Source of the DNA: Aquirufa sp.
Lineage (GTDB): Bacteria > Bacteroidota > Bacteroidia > Cytophagales > Spirosomataceae
DNA: 64,000 nt
Direction: 5' to 3'
Assembly: GCF_044342065.1 (NCBI RefSeq)
Contig: NZ_JBIIQN010000010.1
Location: forward strand, 3,764 to 67,763
In this document: positions 43,279-53,946 of the stretch, piece by piece
How the letters are laid out: each line of letters begins with the position of its first letter
How positions within the stretch are numbered: the first letter of the stretch is position 1
Notes under the pieces: model-generated
What the model saw: only the letters and a program-made list of their open reading frames with translations
Databases searched by the model: none
What the model was told of the DNA's origin: nothing
Translations under genes and position numbers: made by a program

Positions 43279-44271
43279 TTAAATTAAGTTGTGTGCCGCG
43301 AGGTATTCCGCAATTTGGACCGCATTCGTTGCTGCGCCTTTTCGCAAGTTGTCAGCGACAATCCATAAGTTTAACGTATTTTTTTGGCTTTCATCCCGAC
43401 GAATACGTCCTACAAATACCTCGTCTTTTCCATGTGCTGTGATCGGCATCGGATAAAGGAAATTCGCAGGATCATCTTGTACGATAATACCTTCTTCTTT
43501 TTCCAAAATCGATCGAACCTCCGCTAAATCAAAATCATTTTCAAATTCGATATTCACCGATTCTGAGTGTCCACCGATTGTCGGGATACGAACCGTAGTC
43601 GCCGTCACCTGAATCGAGTCATCCATCATGATTTTTTTGGTTTCCAAAATCATCTTCATCTCCTCTTTCGTATAGCCATTTTCCAAGAACACATCAATGT
43701 GAGGCAATACGTTCAAGTCAATCTTGTGTGGATAAACTTTGTTATAATCAGTTTTACCCGCACGCTCATCGAACAATTGGTCAACCGCCGCTTTTCCAGT
43801 ACCCGTCACCGACTGATAGGTAGAAACAACTACACGCTTGATTTTATATTTCTTGTGCAAAGGGTTCATCACCACAACCATTTGAATGGTTGAGCAATTC
43901 GGATTAGCAATGATTTTATCCTCTGGTGTTAATGTGTTTGCATTGATTTCAGGAACCACTAATTTTTTAGTAGGGTCCATGCGCCAAGCAGATGAATTAT
44001 CTACCACGGTAATGCCCGCTGCTGCAAATTTTGGTGCCATTTCCAACGATGAACTACCTCCAGCCGAGAAGATGGCAACGTTAGGTTTCATGGAGATTGC
44101 TGTTTCATAACCAACCACTTCAAATTCCTTTCCTTTGAAAGCAATTTTTTTACCAATCGAGCGCTCAGACGCAACTGGAATGATTTCAGAGACTGGAAAA
44201 TTACGCTCTGCTAATACTTTTAAGATTTCGCCGCCAACCAATCCTGTGGCGCCTACAACAGCAACTTTCAT
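43279..44271 (-). CDS. asd: Aspartate-semialdehyde dehydrogenase
   Basis: [48 protein letters not shown]. Confidence 0.97.
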   Translation of the reverse strand: MKVAVVGATGLVGGEILKVLAERNFPVSEIIPVASERSIGKKIAFKGKEFEVVGYETAISMKPNVAIFSAGGSSSLEMAPKFAAAGITVVDNSSAWRMDPTKKLVVPEINANTLTPEDKIIANPNCSTIQMVVVMNPLHKKYKIKRVVVSTYQSVTGTGKAAVDQLFDERAGKTDYNKVYPHKIDLNVLPHIDVFLENGYTKEEMKMILETKKIMMDDSIQVTATTVRIPTIGGHSESVNIEFENDFDLAEVRSILEKEEGIIVQDDPANFLYPMPITAHGKDEVFVGRIRRDESQKNTLNLWIVADNLRKGAATNAVQIAEYLAAHNLI

Positions 44272-44282
44272 GTTTATATTAA

Positions 44283-44789
44283 TTAAAAATTATACTTCCA
44301 ATTCAATGCCAATGATGCACCTTGTGCCCCAAAGGATTTAACTTCCAAGCTTATTTTAGGTTCCTTGCTCGCTAAGCTATTATATCTGCTTAAAGCACGA
44401 TTTAAATGATGCATACTGATTGTTCCTACATAAACATTCACCAATGCAGCCGCGCCAATCGTGGAAAAATAAAACTCGTCAGTTACCTGACCCGGTTTTA
44501 TAAAGGAGTAAATTGAAATCCCTAAACCAATGCTCGATATCCAAGTCATCAGTTTTCGTTGCTGCTTGAATTTGTTGAACGCTAAGCTAATTTCTGGATC
44601 TTTTGCTTCCAACAAAGGAATTTGCAATGCCAGCGGATTATCAATTACCTGCCTTTTATACACGTACTTATTTCTAAAACCTTGTTGAATTTGCTCAATC
44701 GGATATATAGTTTCTACTAACGCTTGCTGAGCCCATAATTCCAAGGAGACACAACAAGAAAATAAAAAGAAAAATAGCCTGATTTTCAC
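44283..44789 (-). CDS. Hypothetical exported or membrane protein
   Basis: Signal peptide; central hydrophobic hairpin; ends LALNWKYNF. Confidence 0.7.
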   Translation of the reverse strand: MKIRLFFFLFSCCVSLELWAQQALVETIYPIEQIQQGFRNKYVYKRQVIDNPLALQIPLLEAKDPEISLAFNKFKQQRKLMTWISSIGLGISIYSFIKPGQVTDEFYFSTIGAAALVNVYVGTISMHHLNRALSRYNSLASKEPKISLEVKSFGAQGASLALNWKYNF

Positions 44790-44818
44790 AAAGCAAAAGG
44801 GTTAATTAGCCTGCAAAA

Positions 44819-45436
44819 TTAGGGCTTAAATTCTGAATCAAAAGGATTTTTTTGATAAAATCCGCTAAATAGATGGATGCCAGTAGGGGTAATGCAAAGG
44901 TCTAATGGAATGTCATGCGATTCTACATCATCGATTCGCTGAACAGGTTCATCCAAGCAGATACCAATTTTCAAAGCATCCAGCCGACAGTCCTTTAAAA
45001 AACGATCATAATAACCTTTGCCATACCCCACGCGATTACCAAACGAATCGAAGGCTAATAAGGGAATCACAATCATGTCAATTTCATGCGCGGGAATGTG
45101 TTTGCTATTTTGTGGATCAGGTTCTTGAATACCCCAGGGAGATGTCACGAAGTTGTTACCCGAAAGGTTATGATAAGCGACCATGGTATTTTCATCTTCC
45201 ACTCTTGGAAAACAAAGTTCATGTCCTAATGATTCTAGCTTTTCATGTATGAACGACATCTGAACTTCCTTGCGTTCCAAAATCGGCTGAAAGCTCATAA
45301 TGACATGCGGTATTTGAATGCTCGTTATGAAATCCATGAATTCTTGTTGGGCCGCCTCATTCAACAAACTAAATATACGATCCGACACATTTTTGCGTCG
45401 GGCTAATGCAAGCTGTCGGAGGCGTGATTTGTTCAT
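44819..45436 (-). CDS. 5-formyltetrahydrofolate cyclo-ligase
   Basis: MNKSRLRQ, WGIQEP, IDMIVIPLLAFD..GNRVGYGKGYYDRFL, HDIPLD. Confidence 0.93.
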   Translation of the reverse strand: MNKSRLRQLALARRKNVSDRIFSLLNEAAQQEFMDFITSIQIPHVIMSFQPILERKEVQMSFIHEKLESLGHELCFPRVEDENTMVAYHNLSGNNFVTSPWGIQEPDPQNSKHIPAHEIDMIVIPLLAFDSFGNRVGYGKGYYDRFLKDCRLDALKIGICLDEPVQRIDDVESHDIPLDLCITPTGIHLFSGFYQKNPFDSEFKP

Positions 45437-45468
45437 GACTTTGGCCTTAACTTTTCGGTATTTTTTCT

Positions 45469-45476
45469 TATTTTTG
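45469..45476 (+). promoter_or_regulatory. Bacteroidota -7 promoter element TATTTTTG (ileS)
   Basis: Exact TAnnTTTG, 40 nt before the GTG start. Confidence 0.5.
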
Positions 45477-45516
45477 CATCAATTTTGCCGATTATTTCAT
45501 AAAAAACAACAAGACT

Positions 45517-48500
45517 GTGGCCTTTAAGGAATACAAAAATTTAGATTATGCTGCTGTAGCGGATGAGGTACTAAATTTCTGGAAAGAGAATAAAATTTTT
45601 GAACAATCGATTTCTTCACGTGAGGGAAATCCTAGCTTCACTTTTTTTGAAGGCCCACCATCAGCCAACGGTACGCCGGGTATTCACCACGTTATGGCGC
45701 GTACAATTAAGGATATTTTTTGCCGTTACCAAACACTAAAAGGGAAACAAGTAAAACGAAAAGGGGGTTGGGACACGCACGGGTTGCCCGTTGAATTGCA
45801 AGTTGAGAAGGAATTAGGCATCACCAAAGAGGACATCGGCAAGTCGATTTCTGTTGAGGAATACAATCAAAAATGCCGGGAGACCGTCATGAAATTCACG
45901 GATCAGTGGAATGATTTGACAGAAAAGATGGGCTATTGGGTGGATTTAGATAATCCCTACGTAACCTATCAAACCTCCTATATCGAAAGTGTTTGGAATC
46001 TTTTGAAGCGTTTATACGATAAAGGGCTTTTATACAAAGGCTATACCATTCAGCCTTATTCGCCTGCGGCCGGAACGGGTTTGTCGTCCCATGAATTAAA
46101 CCAACCGGGTTGTTACCGCGATGTAAAGGATACTTCATTAACGGCACAATTTGAGGCAAAAAACACGGCGAAATCGGCCTTTTTATTTGAAAAATCAGGA
46201 GGAGCTCCCGTTTATATCTTAGCTTGGACAACGACGCCCTGGACTTTACCTTCCAACTCCGCTTTAACGGCTGGTAAGAATATTCAATATGTTTTAGTTA
46301 AAACCTTTAACCCTTATACCTATTTACCAGTACATGTGGTATTGGCAAAGGATTTAGTGAAGAATTATTTCCAAGCAGCGGCAGAAAATGGTGATTTTGA
46401 CGCATATGCAGCAGCTGAAAAGAAACCCGCTGCGATTCCATATGCGATTTTGGACACCTTTAAAGGTTCAAACCTAGATGGTGTTGAATACGAGCAATTG
46501 ATGCCCTACGTTCAACCTGCAAGTCCGGCTTTCCGCGTAATTTTGGGCGATTTTGTGACGACGGAGGATGGTACGGGGATTGTTCATACGGCCCCTACTT
46601 TTGGTGCGGATGACTTTCGTGTAGCCCAACAAAATAATATACCGGCCATTTTTGTGCAGGATGAAAACGGGAAAGATGTGCCTTTGGTTAATCGCCAAGG
46701 ATGTTTTGTGCAGGAAGTAACTGATTATGCTCTTGAGCCTGTCAAGGAGGCATATTTAACCGAAGAAGAAAAAGAAGCAGCCAAAATCAAGCAAGGCCGT
46801 GATAAATATTTGTCTGTTGATGAACGTATTGCCATCCAATTAAAAACGGAAAACAAGGCTTTCAATGTTCAGAAATTTGATCACCCTTATCCACATTGTT
46901 GGCGTACGGATAAGCCTGTCCTTTATTACCCATTGGACTCTTGGTTTATCAAAACAACGGCAGTTAAAGACCAATTAATTAAGTTGAATAACACCATCAA
47001 CTGGAAACCGGAATCGACTGGAACAGGTCGTTTTGGAAACTGGTTGGAAAATTTAGTAGACTGGAACTTGTCTCGCTCGCGTTATTGGGGAACGCCTTTG
47101 CCTATTTGGCGGACAGAAGATGGTTCTGAGGAATTGTGTTTCGGATCGGTCGAGGACTTGGTGAAGTCGTTGCATGGAGCGATTGAATCTGGGAAATTAA
47201 CAGCTGAACAACAAAAGGGTAATGAGGCGTTTATTGCTGCCGTGAAAGCGGGAGAAGCGGATTTACATCGTCCCTATGTGGATAATATTTTTGTGCTAAG
47301 TGCATCTGGAGTTGTGATGGCACGTGAGTCGGATTTGATTGACGTGTGGTTTGATTCGGGTGCTATGCCTTTTGCACAGTGGCATTATCCGTTTGAAAAT
47401 CAAGCAATTTTTAAGCAATCTTATCCAGCTGATTTCATCTCTGAAGGGGTGGATCAAACGCGTGGATGGTTCTTTACACTCCATGCCATTTCGGCCATGG
47501 TGGAGGAATCAGTGGCATTCAAAAATGTTGTTTCAACCGGTTTAGTATTGGATAAGAATGGCAATAAAATGTCCAAACGTTTAGGTAATGCCATCGATCC
47601 ATTTGATACGCTTTCAAAATACGGTGCTGATCCTACACGCTGGTACATGATTACGAATGCCCAACCCTGGGATAATTTAAAATTTGATCTTGCGGGCATT
47701 ACCGAGGTGCGAAATAAATTCTTTGGAACCCTGACAAATACCTATAATTTCTTTGCCTTGTATGCGAATTTGGACGGATTTACACCCGATTCACAAGGGG
47801 TAAATACAGCAAATTTAACGGAGTTAGACCGTTGGGTTTTATCAAAGTTAAGTAGTTTAATTGCGGAGGTTGATGAGGCTTATGCTGCTTATGAGCCTAC
47901 CAAAGCAGGACGTGCGGTGCAGGATTTTGTATGTGATCATTTGTCTAACTGGTATGTTCGTTTGTCACGCCGACGCTTTTGGAATCCGGAGGATACGAAT
48001 CAGGGAATTTCTGCCGACAAAGCCGCAGCTTATCAAACTTTGCATACCTGTTTAACTACAGTAGCGCAATTAATGTCGCCTATTGCCCCATTCTATGGCG
48101 ATTGGTTATATAAGAATTTAACGGATGCGAAATCGGTACATTTAACGGATTTTGTCAAAGTGAATACTGTATGGCGTAATGAGGACTTAGAAGCTTCGAT
48201 GGATTTGGCGCAGCGAATCTGTTCATTGGTTCACTCAATTCGTAAGGTTCATAAATTGAAAGTTCGCCAACCACTTGCGCAGGTGCTTGTACCCGTATTG
48301 CAAGAATCCGTTCGTGAGCAAATTCGTAAAGTCGAAGATTTGATTAAGTCGGAGGTGAATGTCAAATGGGTCAATTACCTAAATGATGCATCTGGGGTAT
48401 TAAGTAAAAAAGTGAAACCTAATTTTAAGGCTTTGGGTCCGAAATTTGGAAAAGACATGAAGGCGGTTGCAGAAGTAATCACCGGAATGAGTTCGGATGA

Positions 48501-48921
48501 TTTGGCGCAAATTGAATCTGCCGGCACAGCGAACTTACAAGGATTTGACATTGCTTTAGCCGACATTGAAATTGTAACCGAGGATATGCCAGGGTATTTG
48601 ACTGCGTCTGAAGGAGGGTTGACTATTGCATTGGATAATACCTTGACTCCGGAATTAGTGCAAGAAGGGATGGCTCGTGAATTTGTGAATCGTATACAGA
48701 ATTTACGTAAAGATTCAGGTTTCGATGTGGTGGATAAAATTGGCATATTGGTGGAGCAGGGTTCATCGGATTGGATGGAAAGTATTCAGGTTTTTGGAGC
48801 CTACATTCAGCAGGAAGTTCAAGCAGTAAAAATTGATATTTTACCTGCCTTGACTGGAGAAAAATCGGAGCTTATGATGGATGATGCAACATTATTTGTC
48901 CAAATTAAGGTAATCAACTAA
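45517..48921 (+). CDS. ileS: Isoleucine-tRNA ligase (type 2)
   Basis: EGPPSANGTPGIHH, GWDTHGLPVE, GTGIVH, WNLSRSRYWG, KMSKR. Confidence 0.97.
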   Translation: MAFKEYKNLDYAAVADEVLNFWKENKIFEQSISSREGNPSFTFFEGPPSANGTPGIHHVMARTIKDIFCRYQTLKGKQVKRKGGWDTHGLPVELQVEKELGITKEDIGKSISVEEYNQKCRETVMKFTDQWNDLTEKMGYWVDLDNPYVTYQTSYIESVWNLLKRLYDKGLLYKGYTIQPYSPAAGTGLSSHELNQPGCYRDVKDTSLTAQFEAKNTAKSAFLFEKSGGAPVYILAWTTTPWTLPSNSALTAGKNIQYVLVKTFNPYTYLPVHVVLAKDLVKNYFQAAAENGDFDAYAAAEKKPAAIPYAILDTFKGSNLDGVEYEQLMPYVQPASPAFRVILGDFVTTEDGTGIVHTAPTFGADDFRVAQQNNIPAIFVQDENGKDVPLVNRQGCFVQEVTDYALEPVKEAYLTEEEKEAAKIKQGRDKYLSVDERIAIQLKTENKAFNVQKFDHPYPHCWRTDKPVLYYPLDSWFIKTTAVKDQLIKLNNTINWKPESTGTGRFGNWLENLVDWNLSRSRYWGTPLPIWRTEDGSEELCFGSVEDLVKSLHGAIESGKLTAEQQKGNEAFIAAVKAGEADLHRPYVDNIFVLSASGVVMARESDLIDVWFDSGAMPFAQWHYPFENQAIFKQSYPADFISEGVDQTRGWFFTLHAISAMVEESVAFKNVVSTGLVLDKNGNKMSKRLGNAIDPFDTLSKYGADPTRWYMITNAQPWDNLKFDLAGITEVRNKFFGTLTNTYNFFALYANLDGFTPDSQGVNTANLTELDRWVLSKLSSLIAEVDEAYAAYEPTKAGRAVQDFVCDHLSNWYVRLSRRRFWNPEDTNQGISADKAAAYQTLHTCLTTVAQLMSPIAPFYGDWLYKNLTDAKSVHLTDFVKVNTVWRNEDLEASMDLAQRICSLVHSIRKVHKLKVRQPLAQVLVPVLQESVREQIRKVEDLIKSEVNVKWVNYLNDASGVLSKKVKPNFKALGPKFGKDMKAVAEVITGMSSDDLAQIESAGTANLQGFDIALADIEIVTEDMPGYLTASEGGLTIALDNTLTPELVQEGMAREFVNRIQNLRKDSGFDVVDKIGILVEQGSSDWMESIQVFGAYIQQEVQAVKIDILPALTGEKSELMMDDATLFVQIKVIN

Positions 48922-48927
48922 TCGAAA

Positions 48928-50313
48928 ATGGTATTCAATTCCTTGCAGTTTTTGGTGTTCTTTGGAATTGTTACATCCGCCTATTTTTTGTTGGCTCATC
49001 GTTTTCGTTGGATGCTTTTGTTGGTAGCCTCTTGCTACTTTTACATGGCTTTTCAGCCTATTTATCTTGGCATATTAGGCTTTACTATTGTGGTGGATTA
49101 TTATGCAGGAATCTATTTAGCGCGTTTTGAAGGGAGGGCTAAAAAGGTAATTTTAGGATTAAGTCTCTTGGCGAATGTGGGGGTTTTAGCTGTTTTCAAG
49201 TATTATGCGTTTTTTACGGGTAATTTCATGGTGGCGGCAAACTATTTTGGCATTGCCATTCAAGTTCCTCAGTTATCAATACTCTTGCCTATCGGTCTAT
49301 CCTTTCATACCTTTCAAGCGATGAGCTATACCATCGAGGTCTATCGTGGGAATCAGAAGGCAGAACGGAATTTCGGAATTTACAGCTTGTATGTGATGTT
49401 TTATCCGCAGTTGGTTGCCGGCCCAATCGAACGTCCTCAAAACCTTATTCACCAGTTTTATAAAGAACATGTCTGGGATAGCGAGCGGGTAAAGGCGGGG
49501 TTGTTTCAAATGTTACAAGGTTTATTTAAGAAAGTGGTAATCGCTGACCGACTAGCTATTTTAGTTGATTCAGTATACGGCAGTTTATCTATTCAATCTG
49601 GAGGGAATTTAGTCATCGCTTCTATCTTTTACTCATTTCAAATTTATTGTGATTTTTCGGGCTATTCTGATATGGCAATTGGTGCTGCTAAGGTTATGGG
49701 ATTTGATTTAATGACGAACTTTCGTGCGCCCTATTTGGCAAAATCCATCCCCGATTTTTGGCGGCGTTGGCATATTTCGCTTTCCACCTGGTTTAAAGAT
49801 TATGTCTATTTTTCTTTAGGTGGAAATCGGGTATCAATACCCCGCTGGTATATAAACATCATGGTGGTATTTATTATTTCGGGTTTTTGGCATGGTGCGA
49901 GTTGGAATTTTGTTATTTGGGGTGCGTTGCATGGCGTTTTTCAATTGGTCGGCATAGAACTTAGTCGGCGCTTTCCACGCTTGTCACCTGAAAAAGCAGC
50001 AGGTATTTATTTAAGAATCTTTCAAGTTTGGACATTTGCGCTAGTGACTATTGCCTGGATCTTTTTCCGTTTACAGCACTTTAGTGAAATTAAAATGTTT
50101 GCCAAACGTTTATGTGTATGGCATGTGGAAGCTCCTTTAGGGATGCATATCAATGAAATTATTACCAGTTTGGGTTTAATTATGGGTTTATTAATCTGGG
50201 ATTCCACTGAAAAACCCATGCGATATAATGTTTGGCTATTACCTATCGCATTGGTAGCAATATACTTTTTGGGAGTATTTAGTTTGAAGCAGTTTATATA
50301 CTTTCAGTTCTGA
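48928..50313 (+). CDS. MBOAT family O-acyltransferase (AlgI/DltB/PatA-like)
   Basis: MVFNS, LPIGLSFHTFQ, PQLVAGPIER, FWRRWHISLSTW, GFWHGA. Confidence 0.92.
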   Translation: MVFNSLQFLVFFGIVTSAYFLLAHRFRWMLLLVASCYFYMAFQPIYLGILGFTIVVDYYAGIYLARFEGRAKKVILGLSLLANVGVLAVFKYYAFFTGNFMVAANYFGIAIQVPQLSILLPIGLSFHTFQAMSYTIEVYRGNQKAERNFGIYSLYVMFYPQLVAGPIERPQNLIHQFYKEHVWDSERVKAGLFQMLQGLFKKVVIADRLAILVDSVYGSLSIQSGGNLVIASIFYSFQIYCDFSGYSDMAIGAAKVMGFDLMTNFRAPYLAKSIPDFWRRWHISLSTWFKDYVYFSLGGNRVSIPRWYINIMVVFIISGFWHGASWNFVIWGALHGVFQLVGIELSRRFPRLSPEKAAGIYLRIFQVWTFALVTIAWIFFRLQHFSEIKMFAKRLCVWHVEAPLGMHINEIITSLGLIMGLLIWDSTEKPMRYNVWLLPIALVAIYFLGVFSLKQFIYFQF

Positions 50314-51353
50314 TGAAAAGATCGCTTGGGTATTTCATGTTATTGGTCTTGTTGTTGATTCTAGGAGTCAGTAGTTCTGAACAGGCAATGCGCTGGACCT
50401 CGCAAGTAAGGTATCAGGAAACGGGGATATTAGGTTCTGATAAATACCGTTTTGGTGATTTATATGGCTTGACTTATTTACCAGATTTTCGAATTGAAAA
50501 GGATAATTCTTTACTAAGTAACCAATATCAGGTGGATCATACCCGAGATATGGACCTATACATTTTGGGAGATAGTTATCTGTTCAGTTACATTCAAATG
50601 GATACCTCAAATTTTGCTCGTTCTAAGCAAGTAGTCTTTCGGAAATGGTCTGATGATGATAAATCGCCCATTGTGATTCACCCCTCGAAGCGCAAAAAGG
50701 TATTACTTATTGAATCGGTTCAGCGTAATGTTTGGACGGTTATTGACATATTGCTTATTAAGTCTCATTTGGAGGGATTCAAATCTCCTTTGCCGTGGAA
50801 CGAAGCATTAAATGCGACTTTGACGGATGCAATTTATGATGCTAATTTGGAACAAAATATTGATTTCACGCTTTTTGATTTTCAATTATTTAGCCCTTTG
50901 AAATCCTTGAAGGCTCAATGGAACAGGGCACTTTTTAATAGAATAGAGCAAGATGTGGTGTTGTCAAAAGATCACCAGTACCTATACATGAAAGAGACTG
51001 TCGATTCGCTTCAAAAAGGTAGTTCATTTTACCCTATTCGCACAGCGGAAGTCAATGAGCTGATTACCCGAATGGCAACTATTCAGAAATATGCGATTTC
51101 CAGGGGTTTTGACGAGGTAGTATTTAGCTTCATTCCAAACCCTGTCAGCATTACCCAAACAGAGGGCAGATTAGACAATCAATTGAATCAAAAATTAGTT
51201 GACAAGTATGGAGAACGGTTTCGTTTTTTAGATCCAACGCCGGTTTTGTTACAAGGGGGTAAGAAATACTTTTTTCAATCGGATTCTCATTGGAATCAAA
51301 TGGGGGCGAAGCAATGGTTAGGTCAATTGAATCAATTTTTACTCAATCGTTAA
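50313..51353 (+). CDS. AlgJ/AlgX-like SGNH-type acetyltransferase partner
   Basis: N-terminal TM; GDSY block; DSHWN; start abuts the MBOAT stop (TGATG). Confidence 0.7.
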   Translation: MKRSLGYFMLLVLLLILGVSSSEQAMRWTSQVRYQETGILGSDKYRFGDLYGLTYLPDFRIEKDNSLLSNQYQVDHTRDMDLYILGDSYLFSYIQMDTSNFARSKQVVFRKWSDDDKSPIVIHPSKRKKVLLIESVQRNVWTVIDILLIKSHLEGFKSPLPWNEALNATLTDAIYDANLEQNIDFTLFDFQLFSPLKSLKAQWNRALFNRIEQDVVLSKDHQYLYMKETVDSLQKGSSFYPIRTAEVNELITRMATIQKYAISRGFDEVVFSFIPNPVSITQTEGRLDNQLNQKLVDKYGERFRFLDPTPVLLQGGKKYFFQSDSHWNQMGAKQWLGQLNQFLLNR

Positions 51354-51362
51354 TAAAACGCT

Positions 51363-53093
51363 ATGCAGCTAGGAATGCGGTTTAGATTTCATGCTTTTCG
51401 CTTGCTGCTCATGATGCTGTTCTTTTTGGGGGGACAAGCTTCGCTTATGTCACAAAGCAGACGATTGATTCAATCAAAAGTAGGCCAAGAAGCGCTGTTT
51501 CAAGAGGGGATGCGCCATTTTATCAAAGAGGATTATTCAGAGGCAATCTTAGTTTGGGAAAGTTTGATTAGCGCGGTGCCCCAGGAGCCTGCGATCGCTT
51601 TTTATTTGGCGAAAGCTTACTTAGCTGAAAAGAACCCTGAAAGTTCATTATTCTATGCCAGGAAGGCGCATGAGCTTTCTCCATATTCCTTGGATTATGG
51701 CCTATTTTTTGCCGAGCAACTTTTGGCTGCCAAGCAAGTGCCTGAGGCCATAAGGTGTTTGACAAAACTTAGCCAATACGACGAGTCGCATCCCGAGGTG
51801 AATTTGTTGCTTGCACAGGCATATTTGTGGGAGGAAGAAGGGGAGATGGCGTTGAGGTCGCTGGAGCGGGCTGATCATTATGTGGGCGAATATCCGGCTA
51901 TCATTCGGACGAAAGAGTACATTTTGATGAAACAGCGTCAATTATTGAAGGCTTTGAAAGCGGGTCAACGATTGGTTGATTTAGACGAGGAAGAATTACT
52001 TCTATCATGGGATCAAATGGATGTGGCTTGGGAACTAAGTGAGGCGGATTCTGTACAAGCGGGTCTTAGGGAATTACAACGAAAATACCCCGAGCAAGGA
52101 CAAATAGCGTTGCTGCTGACCAATGGATATTTACATCAAAAGAATTTTGATTCGAGTTTGGTACAATTGCGATTGGCTGCAGAGGATCATGAAATTTTAC
52201 CTTCCATGGTCGCGCAAATTACAATGAAGGCATTCGAGTTGATTGATGATCCGATCAAATGGGAACAAGCGAACCAATTGGCGAATCATTGGCTTACCAT
52301 TTATCCAGCGGAGCCTCGATTTTTAGCTATACAAGGTGATTTATTCATAAGTGCTTCCAAATTACAGGAAGGCCAGCGCTATTATTTACTTGCTGCACGC
52401 ATGGGAGAGCCTAAATACGAAGTCTGGGCACGAATCATTCAATTGGATTTTGAATTGAATGCGATTGATAGCGCAACCGTGCATGCGAAGGAGGCGTTGG
52501 TGTATTTTCCGAAACAAGGATTTTTGAATTTTCAAATGGGTTTTGCTCGATATTTACAAGGGAATAATGCGGATGCACTCCGATTTCTGGAGATTGCACG
52601 GGGGCTTGCCACTCCCACTGATAGTTGGAATGTAAATTTATTTTCAATAATGGGGGATGTTTACCATGCCTTAAATAGGTCAAAGGATTCAGATGAGGCA
52701 TTTGATAGAGTACTTGCATTGAATCCTGCGGATGAACATGTTTTAAATAATTACAGTTACTATTTGTCTTTGCGAAGGGAGCGTTTAGATAAAGCGGCCA
52801 CCATGTCCAAGCAATTGATTGAAAAGTATGCGAACGAGGGTACTTATTTAGATACCTATGCCTGGGTATTGTATCAGCAAGGGAAATATGAGGAGGCATT
52901 TCGGTATTTGAATTTGGCTATCGAAGATGATAAATCACAAAGTTCAACGGTTTGGGAACACCACGGAGATGTATTATTTCGATTAGGTCGATTGGATGAG
53001 GCGTTAAAAAGCTGGAAAAAAGCCTTGACTTTGCCAAATCCTAACCAAAATCTTGATAAAAAGATTAAGAAGAAGCAAATTGTCGAAAATTGA
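51363..53093 (+). CDS. Secreted tetratricopeptide repeat protein
   Basis: Multiple TPRs; NNYSYYLS, YLDTYAWVLY, WEHHGDVL. Confidence 0.88.
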   Translation: MQLGMRFRFHAFRLLLMMLFFLGGQASLMSQSRRLIQSKVGQEALFQEGMRHFIKEDYSEAILVWESLISAVPQEPAIAFYLAKAYLAEKNPESSLFYARKAHELSPYSLDYGLFFAEQLLAAKQVPEAIRCLTKLSQYDESHPEVNLLLAQAYLWEEEGEMALRSLERADHYVGEYPAIIRTKEYILMKQRQLLKALKAGQRLVDLDEEELLLSWDQMDVAWELSEADSVQAGLRELQRKYPEQGQIALLLTNGYLHQKNFDSSLVQLRLAAEDHEILPSMVAQITMKAFELIDDPIKWEQANQLANHWLTIYPAEPRFLAIQGDLFISASKLQEGQRYYLLAARMGEPKYEVWARIIQLDFELNAIDSATVHAKEALVYFPKQGFLNFQMGFARYLQGNNADALRFLEIARGLATPTDSWNVNLFSIMGDVYHALNRSKDSDEAFDRVLALNPADEHVLNNYSYYLSLRRERLDKAATMSKQLIEKYANEGTYLDTYAWVLYQQGKYEEAFRYLNLAIEDDKSQSSTVWEHHGDVLFRLGRLDEALKSWKKALTLPNPNQNLDKKIKKKQIVEN

Positions 53094-53118
53094 GATAATT
53101 TTGCATATCCAACGAACT

Positions 53119-53946
53119 ATGGTGCGTCATATAGTATTCTTCTCGGTTTTTGTATTGATGCTGGCTTGTAAATCAAATCCTTCAGTTCAGGTTTCTCAGA
53201 CTATTTTGGGCGATACGGTTGTGATCAAATCATTGGTAGATACCGTAAAAAAAGAGGTGGTTACAGCAGAAGCACGAGTGAATGAAGAAGATTCGAAAAT
53301 GACAGCTGATGAGTTGGCCTTTGTTTATTTGAAGGCTAAATCGCGGGTCGCTTGGAAGTCGGGTAATAATACCGACAATTATTCCGTTGATATACGTATA
53401 AAAAGGGATAGTATTATTTGGGTGAACATTTCACAGGCGGGATTGACGGGTGCGACAGGCGTATTTAATTTGGATCATGTTCAATTGTATCAAAAAATCA
53501 GCGGTGAGTATTACAATTTAACGTATGATAGTTTGAGTACGATGATGGGATTTCGGATTGATTTTCGATTGCTTCAATCATTAGTTGTGGGGAATCAACC
53601 CTTTAAAAAGAATAATTCTCGGGTGATTCGCGAAAATGAAAATATCATTATCAAGCAGGATTCGGGTCGAATCAAGATAGATAATATGGTGGGGCCAAAT
53701 CGAAAATTGAAAAAATTATTGGTTCGGGACGAGCCATCGAGTAATAAGCTAACCTTGGATTTTGAAGAATTCACAAATTTGAATCAGGTGATTTTCCCTT
53801 TTTCGAGTCAGATAACATTAGATGTTAAAAATAAAGAGGATAAGCGTGTCACTACGGTTATTCAAATTAAATATTCAAAAGTGGAGTTATTGGATACTCC
53901 ATTAGAGTTTCCATTTCGAATCCCGGCTAAATTTTTGAAAAAGTAA
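53119..53946 (+). CDS. DUF4292 family lipoprotein
   Basis: Lipobox MLAC; IRIKRDSIIWVNIS; position between TPR and EnvC. Start placed at 53119. Confidence 0.8.
   Translation: MVRHIVFFSVFVLMLACKSNPSVQVSQTILGDTVVIKSLVDTVKKEVVTAEARVNEEDSKMTADELAFVYLKAKSRVAWKSGNNTDNYSVDIRIKRDSIIWVNISQAGLTGATGVFNLDHVQLYQKISGEYYNLTYDSLSTMMGFRIDFRLLQSLVVGNQPFKKNNSRVIRENENIIIKQDSGRIKIDNMVGPNRKLKKLLVRDEPSSNKLTLDFEEFTNLNQVIFPFSSQITLDVKNKEDKRVTTVIQIKYSKVELLDTPLEFPFRIPAKFLKK

Noticed and set aside
45437-45516. 6S RNA upstream of 5-formyl-THF cyclo-ligase (linkage known from other phyla)
   Set aside because: Only 80 nt, shared as a divergent promoter with ileS; no room or structure for 6S.
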